The notes under the pieces are model-generated. The model ran no database searches and was not told where the DNA came from. It saw only the letters and a list, made by a program, of their open reading frames with translations. Of a DNA stretch of 64,000 bases, positions 28,393-37,697 are shown piece after piece (position 1 is the first letter of the stretch; the number at the start of each line of letters is the position of its first letter). Source of the DNA: an uncultured delta proteobacterium (GTDB taxonomy: Bacteria > Myxococcota > Myxococcia > Myxococcales > Myxococcaceae); NCBI GenBank assembly GCA_963745475.1, contig CAVUXN010000006.1:383718-447717 (forward strand). Direction: 5' to 3'. Both the position numbers and the translations under genes were made by a program.

Positions 28393-29300
28393 GTCGGCTA
28401 CCTCGCAACAGAAGAGATAGGCACCCGCTTCGGGGCAGGCAACCGGGTAACCGCACACGGGAGGGCCGTCGCTGGTGGGAGGCTCGATTTCAAAAAGGAG
28501 AATCAGACCTGCCCCGGAGGCTTGACAGCACCATCTCGGTAAATGCTGGCCAGCTTGAGGACAGCCGCTGGGCTACCCCATTGCGAAACTGTTCACGGCC
28601 TGCTCACGCCGCAAAAGACCCATTTCGTCGAGGCGTCCGGCGCACTCGCCGAGCCGCCTCCTGCACACTATCTGTTGGCTCGTGGTCGGTCTCTGCACTA
28701 GGTACAGAAACTCCCGTGGCCTCGGAGATCCCAAGCTCCGCACTCAGAGGCGGACGCACGGCTTCGCCATAGGCCTCTTCGGAAGTCCCCTCCTGACTAG
28801 ACCGGGTCACGGCCTGCTGAGCGACTGCCTGCCGGCCAACAAGGGAGCAGTCGGATGAGAATCCTCAATCTCAACGAGGAAGCCCTATGTCCATGTGGAC
28901 ATCTAGCATCCATGCATCGGCCGAAGACCGGGGGTCCCACGACGTTAGCGCCTCTACGAGATTGCAAAGCGCTCGCGTGTAATTGCGGAGGGCCGCGTCT
29001 TCGTCTCCTTCGCTCGCTGCGTAGCTCCTGGTCTTTGGCCGGACGACGGACTGCGTCCCCCGACTGAAAAGCTCTACGCTTGGTGCTCCGGCTCGCCGAT
29101 GCTGGCGCCGCTCCCGTAGCTCATGGCAACTACCGGTTCGACGGTTCCGCTTCTGCATGGGCGCGCTGCTGAACTCCTCCGCCCCGTGCTGCTCGCCATT
29201 CACGGCCAGTGGGACACCTTCCAGCCGCATAGCGCTCGACCCCGTTCCAAAGCATCTGTTGGCACCGAAGCTGCACCGCACATGGACCGGAGGGTTCAGC

Positions 29301-29426
29301 ATGAATGAGGAACTGTGGAATCTGGGAGCAATTTCGATTGGTAGCGGCATTTTGACCGCATTGGCCGCCTTTGGCTTCGGACTGTACTTGGTCCTTACTG
29401 GTCCCGGCTCTCGCCGGCCCCAGTAA
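29301..29426 (+). CDS. possible 41-aa single-TM small protein
   Basis: MNEELWNLGAISIGSGILTALAAFGFGLYLVLTGPGSRRPQ, with a GGAGGG SD 8 nt upstream. No homology evidence. Confidence 0.3.
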   Translation: MNEELWNLGAISIGSGILTALAAFGFGLYLVLTGPGSRRPQ

Positions 29427-29495
29427 GCTCCGTGGCAATCTGCGACACACTGAGCCTGTCTTGCGCCACAGGGACGTGTGCCAAATCGCTGCCGG

Positions 29496-30755
29496 TTAAC
29501 CAGGAAGGAGAGCCTGCACACTCTGGGCGCCGCTCTCCAGCGCTCCATGCACCGTGCCCGCGTGCGCCAGATTCGTCGCTTCTCCCGCAAAGAACAGCGT
29601 GTCCTCTACCGGTTGTTTCAGCACGACAGCGGCATCCTCAGCCGTCGCCCGAAAGACTGCATATCCGCCTCTTGAATACGGATCGGCTTTCCAATCGATC
29701 ACTCGGAAATCTTCGACCAGTGTTCCGAGTTCAGCCATGCTCCGTCTGAATAATTTGCTTAGAGACTTGAGCGCTATCTCCATGACGTCTTCCTTCTGGC
29801 GGTTGTGGAGCGCATCGCCTTCCGGACCCGCCGCCCAGCCGACCAAAATCGGATGCTCAAACGGCAGTGGTCTCCAAAACACTGGAAACGCTAACCCTGG
29901 CGCGTGGACAAATGCGGCCCGAGTGATGGGCTCGCGCAGCCGGATAATAACTTTCACAATGGCGCCGCTCGTGAGCTCCTTCGCCGCCCGCCGCTTCTCC
30001 AAAAGCTCGGGGACGATTCGAAATGCGCCTTCGCCCGAAGGAGCTCCCAACACGGATGCGGGCACGGTGATGAGCAACCGCTCACCCTCCGCGTCCGGGA
30101 GTCGCGTTCCCCCGGGTGTCGCAAGCTCTAGGCGAACGTCTCTGCGTCTCCAGTGGACGGCGCGTACCACACTCGCCAGCTGCAGCTCGCCGCCTTTGGC
30201 TAGGAACTCATCGCGCAGTGCGACGAGCACACTTCCATAGCCTTCCCGGACGCGGCGAATGCTCTCGCCGTCCGCTTCCCTGGTCATTTCGCCAATGGCC
30301 CAAGCGCTCGCAACATCGGTCCGCGCTGCATAGAAACCCTCCACGTATGCGCGAGCCATTTTCAGAGTCGCTCCATGCGCACGTCCTTTGAGAAAGGCAT
30401 CTACCGTCTGTCGGCGCTCGTGCGCATGAGCAAAGATTCGGGCGGCGGCTTCGAAGCTCTTCATCGCGCCGACGAGTCTCCCAGCTCTGAGCAGTTTGTG
30501 GGGACCGTCTGCGATTCCGGGATGTAGCCGCGCTCGCTTGATCAAGGCCTGGAGTCGCGGATTGCGGCCATGAAGAAACTCCGCTCCGTATTCCAGCGGA
30601 GGTTGGCCAGGCTCCAGTACCGTCCAGACTCGCCCGCCGATACGCGCTCTCGCCTCTACGATGCGTACCGACCGGTTGGCTTTGACAAGCTCTACCCCCG
30701 CGGCTAGCCCCGCGGCTCCTGCTCCTATGATCACAACGCGTGACCCTTTGGACAT
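29496..30755 (-). CDS. flavin-containing amine oxidase family protein
   Basis: VVIIGAGAAGLAAGVEL..VRIVEARARIGGRV (FAD dinucleotide fold plus the GGR motif) and C-terminal LFFAGEAT..GTVHGALESG. Confidence 0.85.
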   Translation of the reverse strand: MSKGSRVVIIGAGAAGLAAGVELVKANRSVRIVEARARIGGRVWTVLEPGQPPLEYGAEFLHGRNPRLQALIKRARLHPGIADGPHKLLRAGRLVGAMKSFEAAARIFAHAHERRQTVDAFLKGRAHGATLKMARAYVEGFYAARTDVASAWAIGEMTREADGESIRRVREGYGSVLVALRDEFLAKGGELQLASVVRAVHWRRRDVRLELATPGGTRLPDAEGERLLITVPASVLGAPSGEGAFRIVPELLEKRRAAKELTSGAIVKVIIRLREPITRAAFVHAPGLAFPVFWRPLPFEHPILVGWAAGPEGDALHNRQKEDVMEIALKSLSKLFRRSMAELGTLVEDFRVIDWKADPYSRGGYAVFRATAEDAAVVLKQPVEDTLFFAGEATNLAHAGTVHGALESGAQSVQALLPG

Positions 30756-31290
30756 AACAAGGATCTGCTGTGGCCTCGGTACAAATGCAAGTTGGTGGGC
30801 CAGTTGGTTGCCGCGTCGCGCAGAAGTGTTCTCGGCTAACGCAAAAGACCACTCGTCCCACGACGGCGGCCCCCGAAGCTCGTAGATTGCGGAAGCGAGG
30901 ACCGTCGCCGACGAAGGTAGTCACGGGAAGGCGAAAACACGAGTCGACGGGGGCATCTTTTCTTGGCCACTACCCAAGTCGGGAGGCGCGAAACATCTTC
31001 AGGCTGTGCGGTTACGAAGCCTTCACCGAGTCTCCAAGCTCTATTTGGGCATGGCACTGTTGGCCGGGCTGCTCGCTGCCGTCATCTTTGTTTGGCAATT
31101 GGCGAGCGGCGTACCCTGATCGAGAAGTCCGCCGAGGGCGGACTTGCCGCCAATTTGTTGGCGTCAACTGCAATTTCTCCATCTGGCTATGTAGGTCCCG
31201 GGCCCAGGTGTTCAGTTTTCGGATCGCGCGAGAACGCGTATTCGAAAGCTCGGTTTCGCAGGCTCGTCCGGATCCGTAGACTGCGGCACC

Positions 31291-32925
31291 ATGAGCCACC
31301 TTTCCCGCGCCGTCGTCTTAGGCTTATCCGGGCTTGCCCTCGCCGGCTGCCCGGTAGGCACGGTGGGAACCTCTGATGCAGGTAGCACGACAGACGGAGG
31401 CGGTACCCCAGACGCGGGGGGACGCCCTGACGGTGGTACCCCGGATGCTGGAGTGGTTCCCGACGGAGGCGTGGTCCCAGGCATCGCCATCACCACTTTT
31501 GGCGTCGACGGTAGCCGCGACTCGCTCTACGTCGACGCAGCCTTCACCAAGGCGAAGCTCGCGGCCATCCAAGCTGCCGGCGGCTTGAAGCCCGACTCCA
31601 CGTTCGCGCCGAAGATTACAGGGAAGGTCTACGCTTCTCCCCTCTTTCTTGAAAACGGACTCAACGGTAAAGACGTCCTTTTCGTCGCGACGGAGGAGAA
31701 TAACGTCTACGCCATTGACGCTGCGACCGGGACGGTACTCTGGACGGCTGCGCTCGGCCCTGGCGCAACTGGGGGGTTCGGGTGCGGGAACATCAGCCCA
31801 CTGGGCATTACCAGCACGCCGGTCTTGTCCGTCGCTCGCCGCGAGCTTGTGGTGGTGGGGACACTCAACGTGCCGGCAAACTCCGCGACACCGCACCACA
31901 TTATTTTCGGACTCTCCATCGACACTGGGGCGACGAATTGGCAAATCGACATCGACGAGACGGTCCCGGACTTTAATGCGTCCTACCAGGGCCAGCGTGC
32001 TGGTCTCTTGCTTCTCAATGACATCGTGTACATCCCGTTTGGCGGCTACTACGGCGACTGCGGCAACAACTGGGGCTTTGTCATGGCCGTCCCGCTCGCC
32101 ACGGCGCCGGCAGGGTTGTTCTATTACCAGCCGCCGGGCCGAGGTGCGGCCATCTGGGCCCCCAACGGCCTCGCCACCGATGGAACGTCGCTTTTTGCTG
32201 TGACGGGAAACGGTGAGGGCCCGCAAGACACGTGGGACGCGGGGAATTCCGATGCCTTTTTGCGACTCGACCCTGCGACGCTGACCTTCAGCGGGGAACC
32301 CGCCGACTACTTCGCATTCAGCAACTGGCAGGAGCTCTCGGGAAATGATGCTGACTTTGGAAGCAACGGCACCGTCCTCTTCGAATTGGACGGCGCCGGC
32401 TCTGGGCAGCTCGCGCTGTGCATCGGCAAGTCGCACGACGCCTGGCTGATCGACCGCACCAACTTGGGTGGCTTCTACACTCCAAACCCGCCGCTTGCGC
32501 ATTTGGCCAACATCGCGTCGGACGATGCTGCCGGCGGCATGGCCAGCTACCAAACGCCGTCCGGGCGTTACGTGGTTTACAACGCACCCTGCGACGGCAC
32601 CGGCGGCACCTTGGGCGTGCTCAAGGTGAATGCAGGAAGCCCGCCGTCCGTGTCGCTGGCGTTCTGCGTCAGCCAAGGAGTGGCCGGCGCGGATACAGGC
32701 GGTTCCCCCATCGTGACGACAAGTGACGGCATCGCCGATGCCGTGGTCTGGGGCATGGGTGCTTACGGAGACAACAAGCTCTACGCTGTGGACGGAGAAA
32801 CGGGGGCGTCCATCGTTACCTCCTCTGCCATGTCTGGCGTCGTCCATTGGGTTGCACCGCTGGTAGCCAAAGGGAGCCTTTACGTCCCGGCCAACGGCAC
32901 CGTGTACGCGTTTCGGGTGCAGTGA
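31291..32925 (+). CDS. lipoprotein with a PQQ-like/BamB-like beta-propeller
   Basis: Lipobox LALAGC, then a Thr/Asp/Gly/Pro linker (TPDAGGRPDGGTPDAGVVPDGG). Propeller-like segments include VFVATEENNVYAIDAATGTVLW and KLYAVDGETGA. Confidence 0.7.
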   Translation: MSHLSRAVVLGLSGLALAGCPVGTVGTSDAGSTTDGGGTPDAGGRPDGGTPDAGVVPDGGVVPGIAITTFGVDGSRDSLYVDAAFTKAKLAAIQAAGGLKPDSTFAPKITGKVYASPLFLENGLNGKDVLFVATEENNVYAIDAATGTVLWTAALGPGATGGFGCGNISPLGITSTPVLSVARRELVVVGTLNVPANSATPHHIIFGLSIDTGATNWQIDIDETVPDFNASYQGQRAGLLLLNDIVYIPFGGYYGDCGNNWGFVMAVPLATAPAGLFYYQPPGRGAAIWAPNGLATDGTSLFAVTGNGEGPQDTWDAGNSDAFLRLDPATLTFSGEPADYFAFSNWQELSGNDADFGSNGTVLFELDGAGSGQLALCIGKSHDAWLIDRTNLGGFYTPNPPLAHLANIASDDAAGGMASYQTPSGRYVVYNAPCDGTGGTLGVLKVNAGSPPSVSLAFCVSQGVAGADTGGSPIVTTSDGIADAVVWGMGAYGDNKLYAVDGETGASIVTSSAMSGVVHWVAPLVAKGSLYVPANGTVYAFRVQ

Positions 32926-35105
32926 GGCAGCGCTCCGCTCGTCGAGGGCGGTTCGCGTTGGTGCTATTCGCGTCCCTCCTCAGTGCACACGCTGGGCGTA
33001 CCGAAAGCAATCAGGGCGAGGAAGCGGGCCAGCCCGCTCCTTTACCCAGCGTCAGTGCGTCGTCGATGTCCGAGGACGGCGGCGTCATCGGGTGGGGAGA
33101 AGAAATTGTCGTCACGGCAACGCGCAACCCTGAAAAGCTCCGTGACGTTCCTGCAGATGTGACGGTGGTAAATCGAGCCACGATCGACCGGAGCGCGACG
33201 GAAACTGTTGACCAGCTTCTGCAGGCCGTCCCGACGTTCGACACGTTTCGAAGATCGAGCAGCATCGGCTCCGATCCGAGTTCCGAGGGAGTCAGCCTCC
33301 GCGGCGTCGGGCCTTCGGCAACTTCGCGCAGCCTCGTCCTCGTCGATGGAGTCCCAGCGAACACCGCCTTCGGGGACTGGGTCTACTGGAGGTCCATTCC
33401 CCCTCTCGGCATCACGCGGATCGAGGTCGTCCCTGGGGGCGGCTCTGCCCTTTATGGAAACTACGCTTTGGGCGGTGTCCTACAAGTCTTCTCCCGTCCC
33501 ATCACCCCACTCACACTCGACGCGCTCGCTGAATACGGATCCGAGAACACAGGTCGGCTGAGCCTTTGGGCATCCGACCAGTTCGGACCCATTGGTGCGG
33601 CGATTGAAGCTGACTTGCTGACTTCGGACGGCTTCTACGTGGTGGCGCCGTATGACCGGGGCCCCATTGATACGCCGACGCCAACGCAACACGCCGTCGT
33701 CGATGGCCGCGTCGAGGCTGAGGTGGTGAAGGACCTCACGGTGACCTTGCGAGGCGGCTACTTCTACGAGAACCAGAATGGAGGTACCGCTTTCACAACC
33801 TCCGTGGTGAGACAAGGAAGCTACTCGGCGACCGCGCGCTACGTACCTGCCGAGGTAGGAACTTTCGAATTCGCAGTTTTCGGTCACGTCGGGGAGTTCC
33901 TACAAAATCGAGCGCTGATTACACCCGGGCGAACAGAAGAGTCGCTCGCTTCACATCAACAGGTGCCAACGAATGACGTTGGGCTCGGCCTGACCTGGAC
34001 AAGCCGCCCGTTGGCGCTCGCTGGCTTCCATACGGTGACCGCGGGAATTGACGCGCGTTGGATCAGCGGACAAACCAACGCCACCCTCTACCCCGCCGTC
34101 GTCACGCCCCAAAGCGTCGTGCAGCAGGACTCGGGAGGGAAGCAACGACTTTTTGGCATCTTTGCGCAGGATGTTTACGCCGTGACCGACGCAGTAGAAG
34201 CCGTCGTGGCACTCCGGTACGACTACTGGGCCAACGTCGACGGGACGCTATCCCAAACGCTTGGCAACGGGACGGCCCCACCGACGTTCGACTATTCAAA
34301 CCGGACCGACGGGCAGCTGGATCCGAAATTTGGGCTCCGCGCGCGACCGCTTCCATGGCTGACTGTCCGAGCAGCGGCTTACAAGGCATTCCGTGCTCCC
34401 ACACTCGATGAGCTCTACCGGTCCTTCCAGGTCGGCACGATCAAAACGTACGGGAACGCCTATCTCGGGCCCGAGACGCTGTGGGGTGCGGAGGCAGGAG
34501 TCGACTTTGTTATTCCCCAGGGGCTGACGGTGCGCTTAACGGGTTTTTGGAACACACTCGAGAACCCAGTCGTCAACGTCACCTGCCCGCCCTCTCCGGG
34601 AGTCCCGGTGGGGACGCCGGGGAACAATTGCATTGGACCCAACGCTCAAAAGCAAAACCTTGGCCAGGCGAACATTCCCGGCCTTGAGGCCAGCGTCGAC
34701 TGGCGTATTGCCACTCAATGGTACGTCGGCGCGGCTTATACCTTTGCGGATAGCAGGGTTGTTACGGCCCCCGGCAGTCCTCAGCTCGTAGGCAAGCAAT
34801 TGCCCCAAGACCCGTCGCAACGAGCCAGTCTCTCGGCTGCTTTCGATGACCCACGACTGCTGACGGTCAGCCTTCAGCTCAACTACATTGGCCTCGAGTA
34901 CGAGGACGCCCTGAACACGCTGCCAATGGGTCAAGCGCTGCTGGTTAATATTTTCGCGGCCTGGCACATCAACCGAAATTTCGACGTCTATGTCGGGGTA
35001 GAAAACCTCTTCAACACGGAGTACCTCGTCGGACGGGCTGGGGTGGACACCGTGGGACAACCGAGGTTCATCCACGGAGGCCTCCGAGTCAGGCTCGGTG
35101 GCTAG
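32922..35105 (+). CDS. TonB-dependent outer-membrane receptor
   Basis: The GTG at 32922 overlaps the upstream stop (GTGA). Signal peptide, plug segments EEIVVTATR and IEVVPGGGSALYG, and a long beta-barrel with the C-terminal NLFNTEY motif. Confidence 0.9.
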   Translation: MRQRSARRGRFALVLFASLLSAHAGRTESNQGEEAGQPAPLPSVSASSMSEDGGVIGWGEEIVVTATRNPEKLRDVPADVTVVNRATIDRSATETVDQLLQAVPTFDTFRRSSSIGSDPSSEGVSLRGVGPSATSRSLVLVDGVPANTAFGDWVYWRSIPPLGITRIEVVPGGGSALYGNYALGGVLQVFSRPITPLTLDALAEYGSENTGRLSLWASDQFGPIGAAIEADLLTSDGFYVVAPYDRGPIDTPTPTQHAVVDGRVEAEVVKDLTVTLRGGYFYENQNGGTAFTTSVVRQGSYSATARYVPAEVGTFEFAVFGHVGEFLQNRALITPGRTEESLASHQQVPTNDVGLGLTWTSRPLALAGFHTVTAGIDARWISGQTNATLYPAVVTPQSVVQQDSGGKQRLFGIFAQDVYAVTDAVEAVVALRYDYWANVDGTLSQTLGNGTAPPTFDYSNRTDGQLDPKFGLRARPLPWLTVRAAAYKAFRAPTLDELYRSFQVGTIKTYGNAYLGPETLWGAEAGVDFVIPQGLTVRLTGFWNTLENPVVNVTCPPSPGVPVGTPGNNCIGPNAQKQNLGQANIPGLEASVDWRIATQWYVGAAYTFADSRVVTAPGSPQLVGKQLPQDPSQRASLSAAFDDPRLLTVSLQLNYIGLEYEDALNTLPMGQALLVNIFAAWHINRNFDVYVGVENLFNTEYLVGRAGVDTVGQPRFIHGGLRVRLGG

Positions 35106-35379
35106 CCGCGCCCGGGCCGCCGTTGGTCTGGCCTTTCGCTTCACCCTGCGCGACTGCTGCTGCTCCTAGGAGTGTCTGTCTGGCGACGAAGCTCTGCCAG
35201 AGACTCTCGGCCCCACCGTCGTCGAGCGCCCGGCGGCCCGCGTACCTCCAGGGCTCGAGTGAAGGCGCCTTCTGTCGTCACGTTGCAGTCAACTTCGAGG
35301 GCCAGCGCCTTACCCCGGACGGAACTGAGGACGCCCCCCGAGAGGGCCTGTGGGGTGTTAGGTCAGCTTGGGCCCGGAC

Positions 35380-35760
35380 TCATGTCCTTTGCGTCGTCAT
35401 GCGGCGAGAACGCCAGGCCTGCCCAAAGCCGCCGCTCACGACGTAGCGTGGAAACGTAATCCACTGCTCGACGAAGAACCGCGCGAGGACGTCGAAAGGA
35501 CCTCGGAAGGGTTTGGGTGGAGACGCCTCGGCCTTGTGCCCAAGCATTTGAGCGGCGAAGGCGAGGAGCATTCCCGAGAGGCCGATGGGTGCGAGTTGCC
35601 ATCCAACGAGTGGGGACGCTGCCAAAGCAACCGTCCCAAGCAGAAAGAGCGGCGCGGTGAAAAAGTGCAGCGTCAGGTTGAGGCCGTTTCGGTGTCCGGC
35701 TGGGTAGACCGACCATTGCCAGGCGAGAAGGCCAAGCTCATCTCGAGCATCTTTCTGCAT
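35380..35760 (-). CDS. DUF962/Mpo1-like membrane protein
   Basis: GHRNGLNLTLHFFTAPLFLLG resembles the HxNxxNxxxH segment of that family. 126 aa with hydrophobic helices. Confidence 0.55.
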   Translation of the reverse strand: MQKDARDELGLLAWQWSVYPAGHRNGLNLTLHFFTAPLFLLGTVALAASPLVGWQLAPIGLSGMLLAFAAQMLGHKAEASPPKPFRGPFDVLARFFVEQWITFPRYVVSGGFGQAWRSRRMTTQRT

Positions 35761-35885
35761 TCTTTCCCCCTAACGGCTCGCCGTCGTCCCTGCAGCGTTT
35801 CAGAAGTGGCGGTCCGACCCCCCGAAAGACTAGGACGACTCCGCGTCAAGGTGAGCTGGATTCTCAATTTTCCTTGGGAGCTTCA

Positions 35886-36296
35886 ATGAAACTCGCGTTC
35901 TTGTTGTCCCTGACACTCACCGTCCTCACGCCGAATGCCGCGCGCGCGGACGAGCCCATGCCCAACATGGAGAAGTACTACGTTGTTTTGCTCAAGCGCG
36001 CCCCGAATGCTCCAAAATTGGAAGCCTCAGCGGCTGAGGAACTTCAGAAGAAGCACCTCGGTCATTTGCGGGCGATGTACGACGCCGGGAAGTTGCTGAT
36101 TGCCGGCCCCTTCGACGAACAGCGCGACGAGACAATGCGCGGCATGTGCCTCTACCGCGTGCCCACCCTCGACGATGCGCGGAAGCTGGCGGAGCAGGAC
36201 CCAGCCGTCAAAGCAGGACGCCTGCAAGTCGAAGTCCTCGCCTGGTGGGTCGAGAAGGGGTTTATGAGCTTCAAGCCCCCTCCTCCACCGAAGTGA
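35886..36296 (+). CDS. exported YciI-like protein
   Basis: Signal peptide MKLAFLLSLTLTVLTPNAARA (alternative ATG at 35874). YVVLLKR..HLGHLRAMYDAGKLLIAGPF..DPAVKAGRLQVEV. Confidence 0.7.
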   Translation: MKLAFLLSLTLTVLTPNAARADEPMPNMEKYYVVLLKRAPNAPKLEASAAEELQKKHLGHLRAMYDAGKLLIAGPFDEQRDETMRGMCLYRVPTLDDARKLAEQDPAVKAGRLQVEVLAWWVEKGFMSFKPPPPPK

Positions 36297-36435
36297 ATTC
36301 TGTCCCCCGAATTGAGGCGCTGCGCCAGGGCCGGCGCTCTACAACCTCAACCGGTGGTGCCTTGCAGGGGCGCGAGCATGACCTTGACCTCCGCAACCTC
36401 TGGAAGGACAGTTTGGGCATTCGAGAGGCGGCGTC

Positions 36436-36780
36436 ATGGCCAACTTGCTTCACGCGCTTACGCTCGGCGTTCTGCTCGTCGGAACCGGCGAAAACCAGTG
36501 GCCCGAATGGAAGATTGTGGAGAACTCACTTCTCTTCCAATTCAGGTGCCGACCCACGGGAGACCAGTCCTACGAGTGTCAGTTGAAGCGGAACGACGGT
36601 CAGGCCTTCACGCTCGAAAACGGAAACTGCTTCTTCTTCGACGTCGGTCCCTCGTACCAGACGCAGGGCCGGTTCTGCCCAAGCGGGGACCAGCTCCCGC
36701 TCTACACGGTCTCCCTCACCAAGACCGCCAAGAAGCCACGCCGTTGTGCGGTGGGAGCGCCCGGCAGCTCCGTGTTTTAG
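36436..36780 (+). CDS. small exported Cys-containing hypothetical protein
   Basis: 114 aa with signal-like MANLLHALTLGVLLVG. The mature part has five Cys. No motif recognised. Confidence 0.45.
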   Translation: MANLLHALTLGVLLVGTGENQWPEWKIVENSLLFQFRCRPTGDQSYECQLKRNDGQAFTLENGNCFFFDVGPSYQTQGRFCPSGDQLPLYTVSLTKTAKKPRRCAVGAPGSSVF

Positions 36781-36866
36781 CGAAGCTCCGAGAGCAACCA
36801 CCGCTCGTCGTGACGGGCCTTCCAGACACCTCGTCGGCCGATGAGGGGGTATGAGAGCAGCTGCAG

Positions 36867-37250
36867 ATGGTGGACATCGACATCACCTCCCTGGAAGTCG
36901 TCCTGCGCCCTCTGGGCCTTCACACGCTTTGGGCCTTCACGAGGGAGGTGCGAGTCCCGTGGGCTCAGCTCAAGCGTGTGGACGTCGGCGTCACACCCGA
37001 GGCGCGCGCCATGCGCTCGCGCAGCGTCCGCATGCCGGGAACCTCAATACCGTCGCTCATCACCGCCGGCTCGTACCGGTCGATGGGGAAATGGGCCTTC
37101 TGGGATGTGGCAGGGAATGGTGAGAACGCGGTGACAATCTCGACGGAGGGTCACCGGTATGCGTACCTGGTGGTGGATGTGGCGGACCCAAAGGCGACAG
37201 TGGCCGCGATTGCTGGGGCGGGGCCATCTACGTCTGCGTCACCCGACTAA
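36867..37250 (+). CDS. hypothetical protein, bacterial PH-domain-like
   Basis: 127 aa. The pattern LRPLGLHTLWAFTREVRVPW..V..GTSIPSLITAGSY..WAFWDV..AVTIST..YAYLVVDVADP resembles small bacterial PH-like proteins from memory. Confidence 0.45.
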   Translation: MVDIDITSLEVVLRPLGLHTLWAFTREVRVPWAQLKRVDVGVTPEARAMRSRSVRMPGTSIPSLITAGSYRSMGKWAFWDVAGNGENAVTISTEGHRYAYLVVDVADPKATVAAIAGAGPSTSASPD

Positions 37251-37271
37251 GGTCCTAGGTGCAAGAGTGCT

Positions 37272-37299
37272 CTCAGAAAAAGAGCCCCGCAGGGGGCTC
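37272..37299 (-). terminator. intrinsic terminator (minus strand)
   Basis: The minus strand reads GAGCCCC-ctgc-GGGGCTC followed by TTTTTCTGAGAG. Confidence 0.6.
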
Positions 37300-37495
37300 G
37301 AGCGCTTCCCCTTCCTGGGTGATTGCAAACGAAACCGTCCGCTAGGGCACCGTTCGAGCGAAGGCACCTCAAACGGGCACTAGGGGGCTCGTGGGGTGAA
37401 CCTGGCCTACAGCCAAGCTTATGGGCCTACTGGTGTGGGCGACTCCCCCCGGGGTCGCGGCCGACTTAGACCTCAAGTCGGCCAGCCGGCTGTGC

Positions 37496-37588
37496 TTAGC
37501 CGACGGGACAGCCGTCAAAGGGCAAAATCAGAAGAAGCGCGAGCATGAGAACTGGGTGGAAGGCAAGAGGCAGCAGAATGCGGTGCAT
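37496..37588 (-). CDS. possible 30-aa hydrophobic peptide
   Basis: My own translation: MHRILLPLAFHPVLMLALLLILPFDGCPVG. AGGAGG lies 6 nt upstream of the ATG. Below the ORF-track size cutoff. Confidence 0.35.
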   Translation of the reverse strand: MHRILLPLAFHPVLMLALLLILPFDGCPVG

Positions 37589-37697
37589 GGAACCCCTCCT
37601 GGAGAAACTTCGCCTGACACCACACCACAAGGTGGGTGTCGAGCGCAAGGAGTATGCCATGTCGCAGGGTTAACTAAGCCTCAGGGTTCTTCAGGCC

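Noticed and set aside
28604-28810. 68-aa acidic minus-strand ORF
   Set aside because: It has no SD, overlaps another ORF, has no motif, and ends in a region where the frames look decayed. It is left unannotated.
30756-31290. Possible cobalamin or other riboswitch upstream of the lipoprotein/TonB-receptor pair
   Set aside because: I found no B12-box (GCCACTG-like with its flanking conserved stems) or other riboswitch core by eye. Only GGCCACTACCC is present, which does not fit. A covariance-model scan would be decisive.
31012-31299. 95-aa minus-strand ORF with an HTH-like string (ELSNTRSRAIRKL)
   Set aside because: It has no SD, its ATG overlaps the divergent lipoprotein start, and the resemblance to sigma region 4 / LuxR HTH does not align without gaps. 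It may be a gene fragment at best.
31324-32847. 507-aa minus-strand ORF
   Set aside because: It is antisense to the propeller lipoprotein gene, which has a lipobox and recognisable repeats. It has no motifs of its own.
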